From assembly GCF_001194135.2 (NCBI RefSeq), contig NC_068981.1, positions 95,105,048 through 95,169,047 on the forward strand: DNA of 64,000 bases. Reading direction: 5' to 3'. The stretch's first letter is position 1. Each line of letters opens with the position of its first letter. This document shows positions 1 to 12,720 of this stretch, piece after piece. A model generated the notes under the pieces. It was not told the origin of the DNA. It did no database searches and saw only the letters and a program-made list of their open reading frames with translations. The DNA is from Octopus bimaculoides. Lineage: Eukaryota. The position numbers and the translations under genes are program-made.

Positions 1-107
1 ATATATATATGTATATATATGTATATATATATGTATATATAAGTGTATATATATGTGTATATATATATGTGTGTATATATAAGTGTATATATATATGTTT
101 ATATATG

Positions 108-138
<31 letters not shown>

Positions 139-249
139 GTAAATATATATGTATATATATACATATTTATGTATATATATATATATATGTAAGTATATAT
201 GTATATATATGTGTGTGTCTGTGTGTGTGTATATATATATGTGTGTGTG

Positions 250-288
<39 letters not shown>

Positions 289-290
289 TG
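1..290. repeat. Compound (TA)n/(TG)n microsatellite
   Basis: Visible dinucleotide repeats; ORFs 9..362 and 99..353 are YIYI/VCVC translations of it. Confidence 0.97.
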
Positions 291-2289
291 GCAAGATTTA
301 TATTTGTTAATAAAATCTATAAAAAGAGTACAGTGAGCTTGCCAATGTATCATTCTTTTTAAGATGGTAAGTTGTGATTTGAGGAAGATTTGGTTGCACT
401 TTTAAGTGACTATGTAAAGGTTTCCTTGTCTGCTTCAATAAGTTTTTCTTTTCATAAGGTGAAAGATGGCTATAATTATTGTAAAATGAAAAATATACTA
501 GATTTACTCAGAGATGAAATTTATAGAAACCTACTGACTAAAAAATAAAAACAAAGAAGAGATGATGACTGTAAGTTGTGTGAATGCAGTAAATTATACA
601 AAACTTGATAAAAATTGATGTTTATAAGAACTATACTGAAATACTCTGATGTGTAAAGAAATATAATAATGTTTATTACAATTTACACTTTAAAATGTTA
701 ATTAGGCATGTATATATTATTAATAAAATAAAGCTTGTGTTACGTAGGAGTTATTTTGACAAGAGCACTAAAGTGAAGGACTTATATAGTAACTAGCGCA
801 AGTCTTACATCATCTCCTGCTTTTGTAGTAGCTGAGTGATGCAGATAATGATTTATAAACACAGGGAGACTGAATGAAACAAACCAGTGACTCAGTCTGT
901 CATTCAACCAACTCCACCCACCAAGTCATACAGAATATGTTCCTTTCCAGTTACTGCAGATCTCCAGCTTTGATTCCTCATAATCCACTGCTGTACAATA
1001 ATAACAACATATGTTTAATGCATGCACAGTTTCGTGATGAGAATCTCTTTGTAATCAATATAAACAACAGTTCTGGAAACCTCTTCCCCAAGCTTCACAT
1101 TTTAGAGATGGGGGTTATCATTAGTTAAGCCTACATTATTACATAGATCTATATCAGAATTTTATCACTGCTTTATTTCCTTTATATTTTATTTTATTTA
1201 ACTCATCTCTCTTATCTTTATTACAGTGGTTAATAATGGTGATGACATATCAGTTGTCAGTGATAATACCTTCCTGCCTAATTTAATTACCTCAATGAAA
1301 AACTCCAGTATCTTTACGTTTTTTTTTTTTTTTTTTTCTGAAAATGTCAATAAAATGCAAGCTGTCTCTCACCCCCAACAACCACTGGACACACCAAAGT
1401 GTCTTCTCTTAATTCAATATATTACATTAGTCTATGTACTTTTGAACTTACTAATACTATATTGCCTTCATTTAGTATTATCTCTCCTCCTCCTTTCTAA
1501 CCATTCATACCATGTTTCAACACTGCTGTCAATTTTTGTTTTTATTTCAAAAGACTAATAAATAATAGAGATAATACTCTATTATTATAATTTTAATCAA
1601 TCATACTGAACCTAGTACTTATTTATAAGATTGGTACTTGTCAATCACTTTCTAGAACTGCAAAATTATGGGCACCAATTCTTAGTGAAAAAAAAACTGA
1701 ACAAAGACAAGATACATATATAAACACACACACACACACACACAGAGTTCTTCATTGGTTTATGTGGTAGTTTTATTTTAGCAAGGTTTACCATCCAGCT
1801 GCAGAACTGTAGAAATCATGCCAAAACAGACATTGGACCATAATGCAATCCACAATTCATCAGATATTGTGAAACTGCACAACTCATACCAGCATGGACA
1901 GTGGATGTTAAATGATGATGATGATGACTATTTACAAATATTGTTTTGAGACAGTACATCGTCAGTCTTATTATTTCCATTTGAGTTTTTTAATTTCCTT
2001 TTCTCTTAATTTTAATTCACTTCTTTAATAGTAAGGTAGACCACATGTTAAAGTAACATTACATTGGCTTTATCTTTTAGATTTTGTTGAATATATCGTG
2101 ATTCAGTAATAAAATTTCAAATATCAAATCTAAATTTAATAGATTAAATCAATTTCAAAATGGAGAGTATTTAACAGAATCGGTGAAACAGCTTATTATA
2201 AAAGATACTGCTAGAAAAATGAAAAGAAATGAAAAAAATTCAAAGCCATTATAACTATATGATGTAAGCTCAAAACACAAATCATATAG

Positions 2290-2376
2290 GCAGCATGGCA
2301 CTTGGAGCAAGTGTCTTCTATAGCCTCAGGCTAACCAGAACCTTGTGAGTGGATTTGAAACTGAAAGAAGACTGTC

Positions 2377-2421
<45 letters not shown>

Positions 2422-2656
2422 TATATGTGTGTGTGTATATATGTTTGTGTGTCTTTGTGTCTGTGCTCCCACCATCACTTGACAAGCGATGTTGGTGAGT
2501 TTGCGTCCCTGTAACTTAGCAGTTCAGCAGAAGAGACTGATAGAATAAGTACCAGGCTTACAAAAAGTAAGTCCTGGGGTCGATTTCTTCAACACCCTTT
2601 AAGGTGTTGCTCCAGCATGGGTGCAGTCAAATGACAAGTAAAAAAATAAAAGAATA
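2290..2656 (+). mobile_element. tRNA-derived SINE family A, 5'-truncated, CpG-decayed
   Basis: Same body as the full copies at 7076, 28391 and 34594 (ccttgtgagtggatttg..gaaactgaaagaag, internal (TA)n(TG)n, aagtcctggggtcgatt, aaatgac..aaaagaata tail). Confidence 0.85.
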
Positions 2657-2784
2657 TTTACGCAGTAACATTATGGAAACACTGGAAAAAGCTCTATCAT
2701 TTGGATAGAAGATAAAACACATATGATTGCTCAAATACAACTTTGTTATATGTCAAAAAGTAGTTAGGATTTTTAATCAAATCA

Positions 2785-2930
2785 ACAGGCATGGGTGTGT
2801 GGTAAAAAGTTTGCTTCTCAACAACATGGCTCTTGGTCCAGTCCCATTGCATGGCACCTTGAGCAAGTGTTGTCTACTATAACCTTAGGATGACCAAAGC
2901 CTTGAGTGGATCTGATAGATGGAAACTGAA
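2785..2930 (+). mobile_element. SINE family A head fragment
   Basis: gtgtgtggtaaaaagtttgcttctcaac...ggtccagtccc matches the family A head. Confidence 0.75.
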
Positions 2931-3009
2931 ATCAAATATCTAATCTCTAATAATCTTGATTCTGGGAAAGTAAAGGTTGGTTTGAAGAATTTTCAATCAA
3001 ACTTTCTAT

Positions 3010-3900
3010 ACATCAGATTGTGCAGCGAAAGTGGATCAATGATAAGAAAACTGCGGATGAATTAACTGAAATAACTGAAGAGTTCTACTCTTTAAAACAA
3101 ATATTTAATGCTAATGAAACCAATTTATTCTGGAAGAAAATGTCAAAGAGAACTTTCATATCAAGTATAGGAAAAACAGTTAGCAGATTCAAAGCATCCA
3201 AAAATCGAATTGTATTATTATGCTGTAATGTATTAGGTGACTGTTTTATGAAACCATTATTAATTAATGGGCCTCTTAATCCACCAGCAATGAGACAACT
3301 GAATTAAAATAGCCTCCTAGTTTATTAGCATGTGAATACAAAATCATGGATGCCTGTTGCAATATTTGAAAGTCAGCTTTTATCAATATTTTGTTCCTGA
3401 AGCTGAAATTTATAAAAAACATATAACAAAATTTTATTGCTAATTGATAATACTCCATCACATCATTGTGATTTAGAACACAAATGTTAAGTTCTATTTT
3501 TATCACCTAAATAATATTACACCATAGATCAAAGTATAATTTGTAATTTAAAGGTAATTATATTAAACATACTTATAAAAAACACTGGATGATATGGTGG
3601 TATGGAAAAAATTTTATATTCTTCATTGTGTGAAGATAATTGCAATAGAAATACATGAAATTTTACAAACATATTTCTTAAATGCATGCTGAAATGCCAC
3701 TTTAACTGGATTAGTACTAAACAGAAGTGATGGTGAAACATAAGCATTTGATCAAAGACAAAATTAATATTGCCCATTCAATAGGAATGCAAAAACTCTG
3801 AAAGATGGATTATAAATGGTAAAAAATCTAGAACCTTATTTTATAAAAAAATGATCCTAACTGGAACAGTTTGAAATTTCAAAGAGAAATAATGACATGA
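3010..3900 (+). mobile_element. Decayed Tigger/pogo (DDE_1, CENP-B-like) transposase fragment
   Basis: ORF 3020..3307 QIFNANETNLFWKKMSKRTF..FKASKNRIVLLCCNVLGDCFMKPLLI; downstream frames give NTKSWM and LLIDNTPSH-like motifs, broken by stops and frameshifts. Confidence 0.85.
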
Positions 3901-4039
3901 AAATTTTGATCTGAAAGTTATGGAACCCAAAATTATAGATTTCATGCAACAGCTGGTGATACCTAATACAGAAGGAGCAAGAGATACTAGTGTCTACTGA
4001 TGGATTTTCAACAAATAAAAAAGAAAATTATTTTAATAT

Positions 4040-4400
4040 GGCCAGGTAACCATGTACCTCCACTATAGCAAAACACCTGTTTCTGCCTCTCACTTTCTGT
4101 CACACTCTAGCCTTTCATCATCGGACACAAGATACTCTCCTCCAATGTCCCTCCCCTCTCAAAATTCCTTGTTTTGCAAGTTACTTGGTGACTCTGCCAG
4201 CACTGATGTCACATAAAAGGCACTCAGTCCACTCTGTGGAGTGGTTGGTATTAGGAAGAGTATTGAGCTGTAAAAACCCTGACAAAATAGATAAAGTAGC
4301 CTGGGGTAGTTTTCTACCTGGCTGGCTCCTGTCAAACTGTCCAACCTATGCCTGCATGGAAGGTGGATGTTAAAACGATGATGATAATAATAATGATGAT
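4040..4400 (+). mobile_element. RTE-type LINE 3' UTR/tail with (GAT)n end
   Basis: gagtggttggtattaggaag...caaactgtccaacctatgcc.gcatggaa..ggatgttaaaacgatgatgat; the same tail recurs at 18740, 26020 and 17890. Confidence 0.7.
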
Positions 4401-6399
4401 TAACTGAACTGCAGTTAAGCCTTCAAAGGTTTTAGTCGATATTCATCTTGGTACTTATTTCATTTGTTGAAGCATCAAGTCATGGGATACAGTAATACAA
4501 TGTAAAGGGCAATGGTTTTCATATTAGTGTAAACATAAACATCGATACACCCCACCACACCTGTATTTCAATAAATAGTTGTTTAAATTTTGTTCGTGTG
4601 CTTTCTGTGGATAATATCAATATTATCTCTCTCAGTTTGCTCAGTGACTCAAGGAACCAACTGACAGTGTAAACTGAAAGACAACTATGTCATATACAGA
4701 TTCACACACAGTAAGCTTCTGCACCATTTCTGTCAACTGAGTTTTACTCACAAGGCATTGGTCAGTTGACAACACTTGCTCAAAATGTCATACAGTAATG
4801 ACCAAACCTCAAACTATTTGGTTGCAAAATAAACTTGTTATCTACACACAAATGACTCGACCCAATAGTTTAATAATAAATAATAGAACAGTAATACTGA
4901 GTCAGTAACCTTGTCCAATTAATTTGTCATTTCTGGTTTGAGTACCTAACACTAAAGTGGAGTGAAATATGAATCTACTGGTCTAGGCCTATTATATTGT
5001 TTGAAAGTTCTTTTCCATTTCATTCTATTTAGGAATTAAGAGTAGACTATACTCATTTTCCACATATTTTAATTTCTAGAATATAGTTTTGTAGATTTGT
5101 ACATTCCTTTGTGGTGTAAGATAAAAGAGAATTTCAATTGTTTTTTAAAAAAATGTTAACTGTTCTTGTAGGCAACACACAATTACGTGCTTCAATGCCA
5201 GTGAATTTTCTAGAAATAGTATAATATTTACATTGAGCCCCATCAAAGAGCAAATACTTTCAGTATTAAAAAAGACTAAAACTGTGTGAGCATGAGTGTG
5301 GTGCTATAATTTATGTTAGTAAAACTTGTCTGGTTGAAGTATAACAAATGTAATATATTTGAATATGCACATGTTTAGCAAGCAAATAGTTGTTGGAGCA
5401 GTGAAAACTTGACCAGCTTTTATAAATTTTGTTATTCGTCAACTATGCTGTTTTTCAGTCAGAATTAAAGTGATAGAAAATAAAATTTACTTGAGCCTAG
5501 GTCAGTATACACTAAAATTACATCAGACCTAACATGAATCCATTCCACTGGTAACAGCTTTTTTTCCATTCAGCACTAATTGACTATTCTGGTCTCAAGA
5601 TATGTACACGATTGTACTTCACGCACTAAAAGGTGCCTTCAGCCACATTCTCAGCTTTCTTATGCTTGGTATTTCACTATACATCTAATGGATCATTGTC
5701 ATCTCAATTTTTCCCATTGTTCACTGATCTTCCATTTCAGGTCACCTCTCACTATCATGCAGTGTCACACTTCAAAAACAAACAACATAATGTTTTACCT
5801 TTAGCATGGACACAGAGAAAGATAGAAATTCTTCAGAAACGTGATTTAAAAAATTTTTCTAGCTAATATGCTCTTACTCCAACAATTTCCAGCATTAATT
5901 AGATTTCATAAGTAATAGAAGCTATCAACTATGTCTACTGAGCCACGAGAACAGCTCATGGTCTTCATTTCATAAGTGTTCCTCTTACTACTAATTTTGT
6001 ACATCTTACACTTTTAAAGTCTTGGTTCTCAGTCAGTCTGTCAGAAATCCTACAGCAAAGTGCTTCATTAAGCATATATTAAATTTCTAATTAAAAGTAA
6101 ATTTTAATTTTTGTATCAGTTAACAAATTGCATTTGTATGTGAATTATTCACACAATCATCATGAATATCATTTTAATGCCCACCTTTCTATGCAAGCAT
6201 GGATCAAATGGAATTTTCTGCAGCAGATTTTTTATAGCTCGATGCTCTTCTCGTTGCCAATCCTCACTTGTTTCCAAGCAAGGTAATATTTTCCCATGAC
6301 CACACACATTTACAAGGAAGATTGGAAATGAAAGACCTCACTTTCATGATGGTGACACATGTTCACAATTATCAGGCGACATAATGTGAAGGCAAGGGG

Positions 6400-6580
6400 A
6401 CACTAACACACACACATATATATATACATGCACGCATAAACACACACATGATGGGCTTATCAAATCCACTCACAATACTTTGGTTAGCCTGCGGCTATAG
6501 TAGAAGACACTTGCCCAAGATGCTACACATTGAGGCTGAACCAGAAACTATATGGTTAGGAAGCAAACTTCCAACAGCTA
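6400..6580 (-). mobile_element. SINE family A 5' half
   Basis: Reverse complement of the family A head and body (caaatccactcacaa..gaagacacttgcccaag..ggttaggaagcaaac). Confidence 0.75.
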
Positions 6581-7075
6581 TCACCTACACATTAGATAAT
6601 AGATAATTGTTTTTGTAACTAGTTAATAATTATATTTTAAGTATCTCTTAAAGAATATTTTTCATTCAAGGAGTTTTAGAGAATTAAAAAAATGCAATAG
6701 AAGAGATTTTGGTTATTTAGGTTCAAAAAAGTTATTTCAAGCAATAAGGGCTAAAACACAAAAATAGCCAGGGAAGAGAGATATGTGCACGATTATAGAT
6801 GATATAAATATAACTTTATTTCAAAGAAACAGACAGTAAAAGGAGTGCAAACTGAAGATAAGGTTAGCAGTGGTAAAAAAAAAAAAAAAAATTCAACATA
6901 ACATTTAAAAAGAAACTAAAAGGGTGTTGCCTTTAAGGGAAAGAAACAGATAAGTTAAATAAATTATGATATCAGATGGACTGTAATAAAAAAAAATTAG
7001 GAGGTACACACACATTGATCATTTCTTTAAATGATGATTTGATATAAATGAACTTTTTGAAAAAATTATATTATA

Positions 7076-7237
7076 GGTGCAGGTGTAGCTGTGTGGTAAG
7101 AAACTTACTTCTCAACTACATAGTTCTGTGTTCATTTCCACTGTGTGGCATCTTGGGCAAATGTTTTCTACTATAGCCTTGGGCTGACCAAAGCCTTGCA
7201 AGTGGATTTGGTAGATGCAAACTGAAAGAAGCTCATC

Positions 7238-7290
<53 letters not shown>

Positions 7291-7492
7291 TGTTCCCCAC
7301 TACTGATTGACAACAGGTGTTGATGTGTTTATATCCCTGTAACTTAGCAGTTTGGCAAAAGAGACTGATAGGATAAGTACTAAGCTTAAAAAATAAGTCC
7401 TGGGGTCGATTTGTTCAACTAAAACCCTTCAAGGTGGTGCTCCAGTAGGGTCGCAATCAAATGACTGAAACAAGTAAAAGAATAAAAGAATA
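7076..7492 (+). mobile_element. SINE family A, full length (~415 bp), CpG-decayed
   Basis: A-box-like tagctgtgtggtaag, degenerate B box, internal (TG)n, tail aaatgactgaaacaagtaaaagaataaaagaata. Confidence 0.9.
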
Positions 7493-8383
7493 TGAGGTGC
7501 ACTCCAGAAGTATTGACTTTTTTTAAGGAAAGGCAGTCATAACTGCACTAGGTTATTGTAATTTTAGTATACTGTTATTATACATCTAATAAGCTGACCT
7601 GCCAACTTTTGTTATTCCAGATTGAAGGAGATGGCTGTAACTGCACTTTGAACACCTCTTATGAAACACTACTTGTCACAGTTGATTAGTTTGCAGAATG
7701 TGTTTGGGATGATTGGAAGCTCACCATGCAATAATAAAATTATGTGTTAAACTGGGCAAAAATGCTACAGAAACTTCTGAAATACTCCAGACTGCTTACA
7801 GATTAACCTTTTCACTGGCACAAGAGGAACAAGGATGGCAGAGAGAAGGTGAGAGACGATGAGAAGTGTGGGAGGGAGATGGACATCAGAAAACCAGAGC
7901 TGGTTGAGAAAATTCACAAATTGTGGATGAAGGCTCTCATGTGTCTATAAAGACAATAAGTTTGGAGTTGGGATGGCACCTGTACACAGAATTATTCATG
8001 AAAATCTGAACATGTGCAAAATTTATTCCAAGGGTGCTCGGTGATGAGCATCCTTCTAACCAAAAACTTGACAGAGATGGGCATCAAAGCTGTTCCTCAC
8101 CCTCCCTGCAGTGAAGATCTTACTCCCTGTGACTTTTGGTTGTTACCCTACCTAAAAGAGAACCTCAGGAGTAGTCATTTTAAAGGCAAAGAAGGCTATG
8201 ACACGTGTCCTGGACACTTTCACTTTGAAGGACTTTCATGGGGCCTTCAAGAAGTAGCTGGAGTGCTGCAATAAGCGCATCGAAGTTGGAGGATCCTACT
8301 TTAAAGGAGATTAGTTTTGTACTTCTTCAAAATTAATAAATGCCTCTCTTGAAAAAGTCTGAAAACTTTTGGAATGTGCCTTG
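7493..8383 (+). mobile_element. Internally deleted mariner remnant
   Basis: Imperfect TIRs ta-tgaggtgcactccagaag / cttttggaatgtgccttg-ta; peptides LCVKLGKNATETSEILQTA and PHPPCSEDLTPCDFWLLPYLKE (PHPPYSPDLAPxDF motif). Confidence 0.85.
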
Positions 8384-8597
8384 TAATGATGTAATCTTAG
8401 AGCTCTTGTAATAAGTAACAAGTAATAAATTTGATTTATGACAAAACTATTCTGAATTCTAATATTCTACCATCCAAATAATCTTAATTTCATTTAAAAT
8501 AGACTTTTTACATTATCCACCACCTCATTCATTAAATGCAATATTGAATAATATATTCTTTATATATGTTAAAAAGTTCTAAAGTATGTTTTTATTA

Positions 8598-8950
8598 TTA
8601 TCTCCACCTTAGCATAGGTGGAGGTATTGTTTTCAGTTGTGTTTGTCTGTGGACAAGATATCTCAAGGACCACTGGATGGATTCGGATGAAACTTTCAGG
8701 GATCTTTGGCCTAGTGACTGGCACGAACTGATTAGATTTTGAGATCAACTTGCTACCAGACAAAGATTCTGGATTATTTTTACTGTTTTTTTACTTAATT
8801 TTTGAGACCGGTCAAATTCATTTTTAGTATTCTCATTTGTGAGAGCAGTCCAGTTTCAGATATTCTCATTTTAAAAATCATCTCTTGCTAATCATTGAGA
8901 GGATGTTGGTGTTGCCTTGGCAGAGGTTTGTGCTTTCTGAGTGCTCTTTT
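8598..8950 (+). mobile_element. Helentron-associated non-autonomous element (HINE/DINE-1-like)
   Basis: 5' atctccacc-ttagcata-ggtggaggt subterminal palindrome, gtttgtctgt..gatatctcaag..atgaaacttt body, 3' ccttggcagaggtttgtgctttctgagtgct end; architecture recalled from known HINEs. Confidence 0.7.
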
Positions 8951-9486
8951 TATGCTTTAGTTCATGTAACATAAATGTATCATTTTTGAAATATATAGGA
9001 CATCTAGCATAAAAGAAAGGAACTGGTTTTCCTAGCTAAGTATTTGTAGACAGTATCAATACTGAAATATTTACTAATAACATGCTAGTATTAATGGGAG
9101 GTGGTAATTGAATATGAAATTTTATATGGTGCATGTGTTGTATAACTGAGTTTTGAAGTGGAGACTCATTTCATTCATGGACTGTATTTGGGTAAGACAG
9201 CCAAGCTGAACCTGTTTCTTCCCAAGCAATATCCACACAAAGAGTTGAACATAGCACTGCAAGCTAACAAAGTAGTTGTCTATTTTTCTGTGGTAGGTAT
9301 TTATAGATCAGTGGATCTGGATTTCCAAAATCAAGTGTTTTGACCACATACAAGTACCATGGTTGTGATATGATATGAAATGCCATCTTTGGCCACTTGT
9401 AATTTCAGAAAGCTATGACATCATGACTATCAGAAATAGTAATGTATTGCAATTTGATTTGTGTTGAAATTACATGTTGAAATGTT

Positions 9487-9522
<36 letters not shown>

Positions 9523-10253
9523 AAAAATAAGTTTCAGGAAGTTCAATGTGTACAATTCACCATCAACACCATTTATTCATTGCATGATTCACAGATTACC
9601 ATTTACTAGCTACAAAACAGTTCTACAAAAGGCTGTTTTACCAAATATCTGTTTGTAGTTATGTTGCATACTAATAAACATTTAAAAAAAAATCCTAATC
9701 AATATTTTTCAGTTGTTAAAACACAGATAGTTTATAGATAAGCTAATATTTTCTTGGTAGCAAATTGAATCTGCTGCCACCTAAAAACATAAGGCAAAAC
9801 CCTTCTGAGCAAATTGATGTGTTTAGAGTGTGAGAAATTAGTGCAAAATGTGCAATGATGAAATTAGTTGTTAAAAGAAAGTATAGATACAAGCTTGAAA
9901 TAAATAACATTGAACTAAGATGTATGTAAACTGATAGCACAAGTGGGATAGAGAGTCTAATCTTCGTCAAAAATGGGGGTAATAAAATGATAATATTGGG
10001 ATTATTGATAGACAATCAGATAACAGGGATTATATTTTTTGTCTGCAAGCCTGCTTAGCAGATAGATAACTTCCAAGAAAATAATTAATTGAAAAATTAT
10101 TTATTGATTATGTCAATGAAAATAAAGATGATTTCTTTGGTGTGCATGGCATTACGTTTATAATATAAAGAATGTAAATTGTATTGTCATACAAACCAAC
10201 TTTATTATCTTTACAAAAACCTCGGTTGTAATTGCAAGTCAAATTAACTGTTT

Positions 10254-10254
<1 letters not shown>

Positions 10255-10336
<82 letters not shown>
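10255..10336. repeat. (GA)n microsatellite
   Basis: Visible repeat. Confidence 0.95.
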
Positions 10337-10340
<4 letters not shown>

Positions 10341-10737
10341 AAAGAACATGAAACTAATTTTGATTGTAAATGTATCTTCAGCAGGTGATATGATGGATGA
10401 TGGCAGGCAAAAGATATATCTCACATATATAGCACATATCACATTTCAAATAACTAAAATCTATGCTAAAAGAAAGTATCTAAGCCTTCAAGCTAATTAA
10501 CTAGATATATCAATATAGACATCTTTATTAATATGTGGCATATCATTTTTTGCTGAACATTTGAATATGAACTCTTTTATTGTTTTTGTTATTTTATTCT
10601 TAATTTCATAAACTTATTTACAACATTTGTCTTCATGAAAACAGCCCTGTCTACGTGGCTCTTTGTGGAAGATATCTCTTTGGAAATAGCTAGGTTTGAA
10701 TCTATTTAAAATTATTTAATGGTACTCTATTACTTAC

Positions 10738-10839
10738 ACTATTACTATGAACATACTAAGAAGAATAAAAAGAAGCACACTGACAAAACAGATCAGTAGC
10801 ACCTGGAGGAATAATGTGCCTAACATGATGCGTGTGCTC
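10738..10839 (-). CDS. Candidate internal exon of an unidentified host gene (hydrophobic, possibly a transmembrane segment)
   Basis: Minus strand tctcattgtctctatgtacAG|G...AGT|GTAAGT; 102 bp, phase 2-2; only one frame is open over the whole exon: STRIMLGTLFLQVLLICFVSVLLFILLSMFIVI. No homologue recognised. Confidence 0.3.
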
Positions 10840-10865
10840 CTGTACATAGAGACAATGAGAAGAAT

Positions 10866-10923
10866 ATTTTCTACTCTAAGCATTTCACCTGGCGTGCTAA
10901 TGTTTCTGCCAGCTCGCCACCTT
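10866..10923 (-). mobile_element. 3'-truncated head of SINE family B with perfect 16-bp TSD
   Basis: aaggtggcgagctggcagaaacattagcacgcc on minus strand; agacaatgagaagaat at 10850-10865 and 10924-10939. Confidence 0.85.
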
Positions 10924-12239
10924 AGACAATGAGAAGAATGAGGCACAAGAGTATTGTGATATTGCTTAGCAGGTTATATGAATGAAACAATACTTGAGCC
11001 AAGATGAGCTGAAGAATTTAGCTATGCATTAGTGTCATTAAGGACTTTCAACAATAGTGAAGTTTCCCAATTCCACAAAGACAACATACTTTATTGTTTT
11101 ATAATTAAAGGAAAGAGGTACAAAGCATAATTTCAGGAAATTAACACTCAAAATACACCCATTTTACTAGTGCTACCACTAGTTCTGACAATTAAAGATT
11201 ACAAAATACGGAATACTTTGAAAGATTGCAGAAAGTAGTAGATTAGTTGAATTTCTATGTGACCTAAATGCAGAAGACAGCAATATCATAGTATGACTGG
11301 AATTATTGTTTATGTTTGCAATGAAGAGATTCTCTTTTCATATGAAAGGAGAATATATATTATATGGGAAACATGATATTGTTTTACATCAAGACATGGT
11401 TAATGAAAGCAGAAGAGCTACAGTGACTGGAGATGGACAAGTCAAATATCATTTGCTGGAAATGCAACAGATAAATTTAAGAGACAAGCTAAAATGTATA
11501 TTAGTTATCGAGGATAACAAATGATATAAAGGAATGGAGTGAAACTTGACATTACAAAATGAGGTTTCATAGATGAGATAATGCATTGAAATATGCTATT
11601 ATGTAAGTCAGTTTCAGTCTATGCTAACATGGAAAGATAAATGATAAATATAGAACATTTATATATATATATATGTATACACACACATATACATATATGT
11701 TTCATAGAAAAGAAACAAAAGCAAAACAAATTAGAACAATAAGAAATACCAAATGATAAATATAATTAATTTGATGAAATGAAGTGGGGAGTGCATCATT
11801 TGAATTCCACTATTAAATAACTATTTGATAAGTACATTGTGATGAAAAACAGTTTAAGGAGATTAGGATAGAGGGAGTTTAATTAAAAGTAAATAAGCAT
11901 TCTAATATTTCTGTTTTAAATAACACAACAATAGTGAGAAACAACATAATGCAATGCACAAATATAAATTAGTCTACAGGAGTAGATGGAAACTCCATTC
12001 AGTACATCCAGTGTAAACTATGGATATACAAGAACTGCTGTAGAATCTGAGGCAGGTTAACAAGGAAGGAAGATATGCAGCAGATAATCAGGAGAGGTAA
12101 GAACTAAGAGCACACCTGAAAAAGATTCTCTGAAATGCTTTGACAGTTCACTTGTTAATTACTTCTACTACCTAAATGGCTAAATTAAGAGTAGAGGTCG
12201 GTACTCTGAAAGCATAATAGCCAGAATAAGAACAGACTG

Positions 12240-12720
12240 AAAGAACAATAACTTCTACTGGTAACAACGGGTTCTTTCTCAGAATGAATGAGAAACTATG
12301 AAGCCTCTCTACAAAGTGTGATAATTTGTGGACGTGAGATATGGGTAGTGAATGCAGAGGATCTGAAACGGATAGAAAGAAATAAAGTAAACATATTTTG
12401 TTGGGTGTTAATGTTAGTATGCATGAATCATGAAGTACAAATGAACTCAAAGCAAAACTTGTGTGTAAAAAAAAATTGGATGAAGTAAGCAAGAGAGAAG
12501 ACTGTTCTGCTTTGGGATGTGATGTATGATGACAGCTATATAAGTAGATGGAACCTGTGGAAGAGGGAGACCTAAGGCAACATGGGAGGAATTGGTGAAA
12601 ACTGATCTCAGAATATTTGAGCCTCATGACAATGACAAAGGACTACAATGATTAGTACTGGAGAGGACTAGCCCAACTGTGCAAAAATGGCATAATGAAC
12701 ATTGAAATGGTAGTAGTGAT
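12240..12720 (+). mobile_element. RTE-clade LINE 3' fragment
   Basis: Peptides GREIWVVNAEDLKRIERNK and GRGRPKATWEE-like, typical of the RTE RT C-terminus. Confidence 0.75.

Noticed and set aside
9-362. ORFs rich in YIYI/VCVC/THTH (also 24.7-26.2 kb, 34.5 kb, 53 kb)
   Set aside because: These are translations of microsatellites.
800-1000. Minus-strand exon candidates (VDYEESKLEICSNWKGTYS; also ISDRLTENQDFKS at ~6010-6050)
   Set aside because: Plausible splice dinucleotides, but ambiguous frames and no homology; not supportable.
1380-1560. Possible Tigger N-terminal remnant on the minus strand (WYEWLERRR)
   Set aside because: Too degenerate to call from memory.
9743-10015. Hydrophobic 90-aa minus-strand ORF
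   Set aside because: T-rich intron-like composition gives F/L/I-rich frames; no motif and no convincing splice pair.
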